A stretch of 32,000 bases of DNA from Candidatus Auribacterota bacterium (GTDB lineage: Bacteria; Auribacterota; UBA6266): the NCBI GenBank assembly GCA_023136205.1, contig JAGLRQ010000023.1, positions 1 to 32,000 of the forward strand, written 5' to 3'. The notes beneath the pieces are model-generated. The model did no database searches, had not been told where the DNA came from, and was given only the letters and a program-made list of their open reading frames with translations. The translations under genes and the position numbers were made by a program. Positions 27,048 through 32,000 of this stretch are shown in pieces. Position 1 is the first letter of the stretch. Every line of letters begins with the position of its first letter.

Positions 27048-28043
27048 CTATAAACTTTCCGGTTTTACACTTCTGGCCATTAAATCTTTAACAGCCTGAA
27101 GAGGATCCTTTCCTTTATATAAAATATTATAAACTTCCATGCTAATAGGAATTTCAACGTTATACCGCTTTGCAAGCTCTACGGCTGATTTGGCAGTTTT
27201 AACCCCTTCGGCAACCATACAGGTCTTAGCCTGAGCTTCTTCAAGGCTCAGCCCTGAACCGATTTCCCGGCCCAGCCTTAAATTCCGCCCGAATTTACTT
27301 ATACAGGTTGTTATCAAATCTCCCATACCGGCAAGGCCGAAAAAGGTTTCTCTCTCGGCTCCCATTTTAACACCAAGCCGGGAAATCTCACACAAGGACC
27401 GAGTGAGAAGAGCTGCTTTACTGTTATCCCCAAACCCCAGAGAATCACAAATACCCGCGGCTATAGCTATAACATTTTTTAAAGCGGCGGCAATCTCCAC
27501 GCCGATAACATCTCTACCGGTATAAACCCTGAAACTTTCCGTATGAAAAAGATTTTGAACCTCTTTAGCGATCGCGGTATCAGAAGATGCCGCGACAACA
27601 GTTGAAGGCATATTCTTCACAACCTCCTCAGCATGGCTGGGGCCCGACAACACCGCAATCCTGGAAATTCCTGTTTCTTCACTTATAATTTCAGACATTC
27701 TTTTTAAGGTATCGTTTTCGATGCCTTTAGAAAGACTGACACATGTCACGCCGGACTTAATAAAATCCTTACACTTAATACAAACCTCGCGCATAACATG
27801 AGAGGGCACAACAAAAATAACAAACGAAGCATCCGAAAGCACCAAGGCAACATCATCGGTTACCAAAATATCAGCGGGAACCTTAACCCCCGGAAGAAAC
27901 TTCTTATTCTCCCCGGATTTTTTTATATCGTTAATATTATCGGGAAAAGCGCCCCACAGCCTGACATTATTTCCTTTCGAATGCAGCATCACCGCAGCCG
28001 CAGTCCCCCAGCTTCCATCTCCCATTATCGCTATATTGCTCAT
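27048..28043 (-). CDS. gpsA: NAD(P)H-dependent glycerol-3-phosphate dehydrogenase
   Basis: The translation shows GDGSWGTAAA (Rossmann motif), SKGIE, GPSHAEEV and NVIAIAAG. Confidence 0.94.
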   Translation of the reverse strand: MSNIAIMGDGSWGTAAAVMLHSKGNNVRLWGAFPDNINDIKKSGENKKFLPGVKVPADILVTDDVALVLSDASFVIFVVPSHVMREVCIKCKDFIKSGVTCVSLSKGIENDTLKRMSEIISEETGISRIAVLSGPSHAEEVVKNMPSTVVAASSDTAIAKEVQNLFHTESFRVYTGRDVIGVEIAAALKNVIAIAAGICDSLGFGDNSKAALLTRSLCEISRLGVKMGAERETFFGLAGMGDLITTCISKFGRNLRLGREIGSGLSLEEAQAKTCMVAEGVKTAKSAVELAKRYNVEIPISMEVYNILYKGKDPLQAVKDLMARSVKPESL

Positions 28044-28654
28044 TTTCCTCTCCTGGGAAAACTAAACTTATTTTCTGTCCCTTTTAAAAGACGCTTTATA
28101 TTTTCCCTGTGGGTATAAATAGCCACAAGAGCCGCAACAGCAGTAAACAAAATAACACTCAGCGGCTCATCCAAATACCACATAACAACCGGAAGTACAG
28201 CGGCAGAAACAATCGAACCGACAGAAACAAATCGAGTCAAACACAATATAATAAAAAACAAAACAAACACCGCAATAGCAGCAATATAATTCAAAGCTAC
28301 AATAACACCTACGCCCGCGGCAACACCTTTACCCCCTTTAAACCGCAGAAAGACAGGCCAGATATGGCCTGCTATAACAGCAGCGCCCGAAAGAACAACA
28401 TAACTGTCAAAATAAAGGCCGCAGATAAAAACAGGCAAAAACCCTTTCAACACATCCAGTAAAAGGGTTACAACACCATAGCCTTTTCCGGCAACACGAG
28501 CCACATTCGTAGCGCCCACATTACCGCTGCCGGACAGCCTTATATCAACACCTTTAAAAAGCCGGCAGATTACATAGGCCGTAGGAAAAGAACCGACAAG
28601 ATAAGAGACAAACACAAAAAACAGAGCTTCCTTCACAAAAACCACCCCATACAC
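28040..28654 (-). CDS. plsY: Glycerol-3-phosphate acyltransferase PlsY
   Basis: The protein is polytopic with YLVGSFPTAY, SGNVGATNV and FKGGKGVA motifs. It has a 4-nt overlap with the gpsA start. Confidence 0.92.
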   Translation of the reverse strand: MYGVVFVKEALFFVFVSYLVGSFPTAYVICRLFKGVDIRLSGSGNVGATNVARVAGKGYGVVTLLLDVLKGFLPVFICGLYFDSYVVLSGAAVIAGHIWPVFLRFKGGKGVAAGVGVIVALNYIAAIAVFVLFFIILCLTRFVSVGSIVSAAVLPVVMWYLDEPLSVILFTAVAALVAIYTHRENIKRLLKGTENKFSFPRRGK

Positions 28655-28710
28655 TTTATAAATACATCATAATTTCTGCTATAATAACAGGTTATAACTA
28701 ATAAACCTAA

Positions 28711-30036
28711 CTATTTATAAATGGATTCCCTGTTGCGAAACTTAAGAATAATAGGAACACCTATTATCCCGAAAGATTCCCTTATACAGTTATAAAGATA
28801 ACGCTCATAACTCTTTCTAAGATGCCTTTTATTATTCACAAAAAGCAAAAATGTCGGCGGGCATGTACCGCATTGAGTTGTATAATATATTTTCGCCCGG
28901 ACTTTCTTAACCAGAGGAGGATTATGCCTTTCAACAGCGCTTTGAACCACACGGTTTATATCGGACGTAGATACCTTTATCTTCCGGAAATTATCCATCG
29001 CTTTAAAAAGGCTCACAGTCTCATCAATATTCCTGCCCGTCAAAGCGGATATAAATATCACCGGAGCATAAGACAAAAAAGGAAGCTTATTATAAAGCCT
29101 TTTTTTATAATCTTCCTGAGTAACCCCTTTAACAAGATCCCACTTGTTAACGCCTATCACACAGGCCTTTCCCTTAGAAGCAACAAGCCCAGCTATCTTA
29201 ACTTCCAGAGCGCCCAGCCCCCGCTCAGCATCAATGAGGACAAAGGCTATGTCACACCTGCTCATGCTTATTTCAGCCCTCATAACGCTGTAATGCTCCA
29301 CGGCATCTTTTATTTTTTTCTTCTGCCGTATCCCGGCAGTATCAATAAAAGTAAAAGCGTCCTTACCTTTATGAAAAAGGATATCCACAGCATCCCTCGT
29401 TGTCCCGGGAACATTATCAACAATAACCCTGTCCTCAGAAAGAAGCTTATTGATATAGGAGGACTTGCCTGAATTGGGCCTTCCCACAACAGCTACCTTT
29501 ATAGAATTGTCATCATAATCTTCTACATCCAGCAGAGGTAAATATGAAAGAGTTCTTTCAACAAGCTCACCTATACCATGCCCGTGAATAGAGGAAACAC
29601 CAATAATGGGGTCTATCCCCATCTTATAAAAAACAACCATATCCTGCATCAACTCTTCATTGTCACATTTATTAACGGCAACAATAATCGGTTTGCCCGA
29701 ACGCCTCGCGTGCTCGGCAACCTCAAGGTCAAGAGGAACACAGCCAGCCATAACATCAACAACCAGTATCAGTACATCAGCAGCCGATATCGCCACATCA
29801 GCCTGTTTCAGGATATCCGATTCTACTTTGGACCTGGCATCAGAATGTATTCCACCCGTATCAATAAGCTCAAAAACAGTATCATCATATTTAACAACCG
29901 AAGAGAGCCTGTCTCTCGTAACACCCGGTTCAGGATTAACAATAGCAATCCTCTTTTTAACGATCCTGTTAAAAAGAGATGATTTGCCGACATTAGGCCT
30001 GCCGATTACCGCTATTTTTTTTATATTTTTTTTCAT
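28711..30036 (-). CDS. der: Ribosome-associated GTPase Der/EngA
   Basis: Two tandem G-domains are present (GRPNVGKSS...DTGG...NKCD and GRPNSGKSS...DTAG...NKWD), plus a KH-like C-terminus. Confidence 0.95.
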   Translation of the reverse strand: MKKNIKKIAVIGRPNVGKSSLFNRIVKKRIAIVNPEPGVTRDRLSSVVKYDDTVFELIDTGGIHSDARSKVESDILKQADVAISAADVLILVVDVMAGCVPLDLEVAEHARRSGKPIIVAVNKCDNEELMQDMVVFYKMGIDPIIGVSSIHGHGIGELVERTLSYLPLLDVEDYDDNSIKVAVVGRPNSGKSSYINKLLSEDRVIVDNVPGTTRDAVDILFHKGKDAFTFIDTAGIRQKKKIKDAVEHYSVMRAEISMSRCDIAFVLIDAERGLGALEVKIAGLVASKGKACVIGVNKWDLVKGVTQEDYKKRLYNKLPFLSYAPVIFISALTGRNIDETVSLFKAMDNFRKIKVSTSDINRVVQSAVERHNPPLVKKVRAKIYYTTQCGTCPPTFLLFVNNKRHLRKSYERYLYNCIRESFGIIGVPIILKFRNRESIYK

Positions 30037-30044
30037 AAGAATAT

Positions 30045-30635
30045 CTATTTCCTTTTTCCCGCATCTTCCTCAGCGCTCACAGCCTGTTTTGCCCCTTCAA
30101 GCAGATAGCCAATCCCGGAAACAACGGTAAACAGCGTCGCCAGATAGACAGGTATCAAAGGGCGTGGAAATATAAACAGAAGCCAGATAACCGCGGTCAT
30201 CTGTAAAAATGTTGTAACTTTACCCAGCATACTCGGCTTAACGTTAACATCTCCGACAACCATCCACATCAGCAGCGAACCGGCAATAATAAGAGCATCT
30301 CTTGTTATGACAAGAACAGCATACCAGTAGGGAAAATGAAAATTCATCGAGGTTCCTGCCATGCTCGGAAAGGTCAATATTATAACAGCGGACATCAACA
30401 ATAGTTTGTCCGCTATGGGATCAAGGATAATGCCAAGCCTGCTTTTTTGATTATAGTTTCTCGCTATAAAACCATCCAGCGCGTCAGTTATCACCCCTAT
30501 AACAAAAATAACAATAGCAAGAAACCTGTAAGTCTCGGCCACGGCAGGCTCCGATACCCTGAAGTAATGGAGCATAGCCACAAAAAGCGGCACCAGGAGT
30601 ATCCTTAAAACTGTTATTCTATTCGCCCAATTCAT
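30045..30635 (-). CDS. pgsA: CDP-alcohol phosphatidyltransferase (phosphatidylglycerophosphate synthase-like)
   Basis: The CDP-OH-P motif is present (DALDGFIARNYNQKSRLGIILDPIADKL) in a multi-TM protein. It overlaps the gltX 3' end by 17 nt. Confidence 0.85.
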   Translation of the reverse strand: MNWANRITVLRILLVPLFVAMLHYFRVSEPAVAETYRFLAIVIFVIGVITDALDGFIARNYNQKSRLGIILDPIADKLLLMSAVIILTFPSMAGTSMNFHFPYWYAVLVITRDALIIAGSLLMWMVVGDVNVKPSMLGKVTTFLQMTAVIWLLFIFPRPLIPVYLATLFTVVSGIGYLLEGAKQAVSAEEDAGKRK

Positions 30636-31968
30636 ACGGAAACTCCCCGCTTTTTATAAAAGACATCGCGTCTTTAATTCTTTTTATACACGCATCCTTA
30701 CCGACAGCCACAATGGTTTCAAAGATCGGAGGGCTGGCAGCTATCCCCGTAATAGAAACCCTCACAGGATGAATCAACTTCGCATTAGAAACATTCAAGG
30801 ACTCTTTTAATGCCACAAAGGCTTTTTCCAGATTCTCAATACTGAAATCATCCGCGTCTTCTATAACAGAAAGAACCTTATCAAGAACATCCAAAACCCC
30901 GTCCTTTAAAAGGTATTTTTTAACAGCCTTCCGGCCATATTTAATTTCCTTCGCGAAGAAAAATTTGGTAAGAGGCACTACCTCGGCAAAAGTTTTCAAC
31001 CTTTCCTGAACAAGCGCAATAACAAATTCATATTTTTGTTTATTCTCTTCCGTATCCAGCAGGCTCTCCAAATACCCCCTGCAGTAAGAGCAAAGCTCTT
31101 TAACATCCATCTCCCTTATATAAACACCGTTTAACCACTGCAGTTTCTTAAGATCAAATATAGCGCCTTTCTTCCCTATCCTATCAAGGCTGAATGCTTC
31201 AATTATCTCATCAATACTCATCTTCTCCCTGTCATCCCCCGGAGCCCATCCCAGCAAAGAAAGAAAATTCACAAAAGCTTTATCCAGATAACCTTCTTTG
31301 CGATAATGTTCAACAGAAGTAGCTCCATGTCTTTTACTCAGCCTGGAGGCGTCAGGCCCCAGTATTAAAGGAACGTGAGCGAATTGAGGGACTTTAAATC
31401 CAAGAGCTTTATAAAGTAAAAGCTGTTTCGGTGTATTGGAAAGATGGTCATCTCCCCTGATCACGTGAGTTATGCCCATAAGACAGTCATCAACAACACA
31501 CGCAAAATTATACGCGGCAGTTCCATCGGACTTCATCAAAACAATGTCCTTTATAAAAGAACAGTCAAACTCCACCTTATCATGAATAATATCCTGAATA
31601 GCTACTTTGCCCGATTCAGGAACCTTGAAAATTATAGCTTTATGATTTCCCTTCACTTCATCCGATTCATACGCCAGGCCTTTAGCAAGCAGATCTTCCG
31701 CGTGCTTGCGGTAGATCTCTTTTCTCCCGGATTGAAAGAAAGGCCCCTCATCCCAATCTATTCCAAGCCACTTAAGGCTTTCAAAGATTGCTTTTGTAGA
31801 TTCCTCAGTGGATCTCACAGCATCCGTATCTTCTATCCTTAAAACAAGCTTTCCTTTGTTTCTTCTAACATACAGCCAGTTAAAAAGAGCCGTACGCGCT
31901 CCGCCCACATGAAGATATCCTGTCGGAGCGGGAGCAAATCTGGCCTTAACTATTGTGGTATCGTTCAT
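30619..31968 (-). CDS. gltX: Glutamate--tRNA ligase
   Basis: The translation shows RFAPAPTGYLHVGGARTALFNW (HIGH region), LRIEDTD and LSKRHG (KMSKS-equivalent). Confidence 0.94.
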   Translation of the reverse strand: MNDTTIVKARFAPAPTGYLHVGGARTALFNWLYVRRNKGKLVLRIEDTDAVRSTEESTKAIFESLKWLGIDWDEGPFFQSGRKEIYRKHAEDLLAKGLAYESDEVKGNHKAIIFKVPESGKVAIQDIIHDKVEFDCSFIKDIVLMKSDGTAAYNFACVVDDCLMGITHVIRGDDHLSNTPKQLLLYKALGFKVPQFAHVPLILGPDASRLSKRHGATSVEHYRKEGYLDKAFVNFLSLLGWAPGDDREKMSIDEIIEAFSLDRIGKKGAIFDLKKLQWLNGVYIREMDVKELCSYCRGYLESLLDTEENKQKYEFVIALVQERLKTFAEVVPLTKFFFAKEIKYGRKAVKKYLLKDGVLDVLDKVLSVIEDADDFSIENLEKAFVALKESLNVSNAKLIHPVRVSITGIAASPPIFETIVAVGKDACIKRIKDAMSFIKSGEFPYELGE

Positions 31969-32000
31969 TTCATCCTCTTTTCCAGTAATTTAATCTTTCT

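Overview
The window is a low-GC bacterial chromosome segment, and all but one of the genes I call are on the minus strand. I cannot assign a taxon. The gene content (citramalate synthase, ApgM-type homoserine-kinase analog, SpoIID, hybrid histidine kinase) suggests an uncultured anaerobe.

Two long housekeeping blocks are present. The first is gltX-pgsA-der-plsY-gpsA-merR-tRNA-Pro at 31968 down to 26510. The second is hom-thrC-(apgM-like)-lysC-cimA-valS-spoIID-queA at 19434 down to 8212. The left end holds a trxA, HMGL-family synthase, leuC, leuD operon (3648 down to 1). Next to it is a convergent pair of secreted carbohydrate-binding or glycosidase-like proteins (3805-7995).

The most interesting region is about 4.5 kb between the two blocks (21950-26509). 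It starts just downstream of the 3' end of tRNA-Pro(GGG) and is visibly more AT-rich. It encodes an Mrr_N-wHTH/HNH nuclease with a 92-aa companion. It also encodes a STAS-GHKL ATPase co-transcribed with a DUF4325-like STAS protein, a membrane-anchored orphan, and a secreted esterase. I see no integrase, methyltransferase, sigma factor or CRISPR array. I read this region as a candidate uncharacterised defence or conflict island.

Secondary points of interest are a Claisen-condensing synthase whose C-terminal domain looks like a Cache/PDC sensor, and the ApgM-like gene inside the threonine operon.

All calls rest on reading the translations and sequence by eye. No searches were run.
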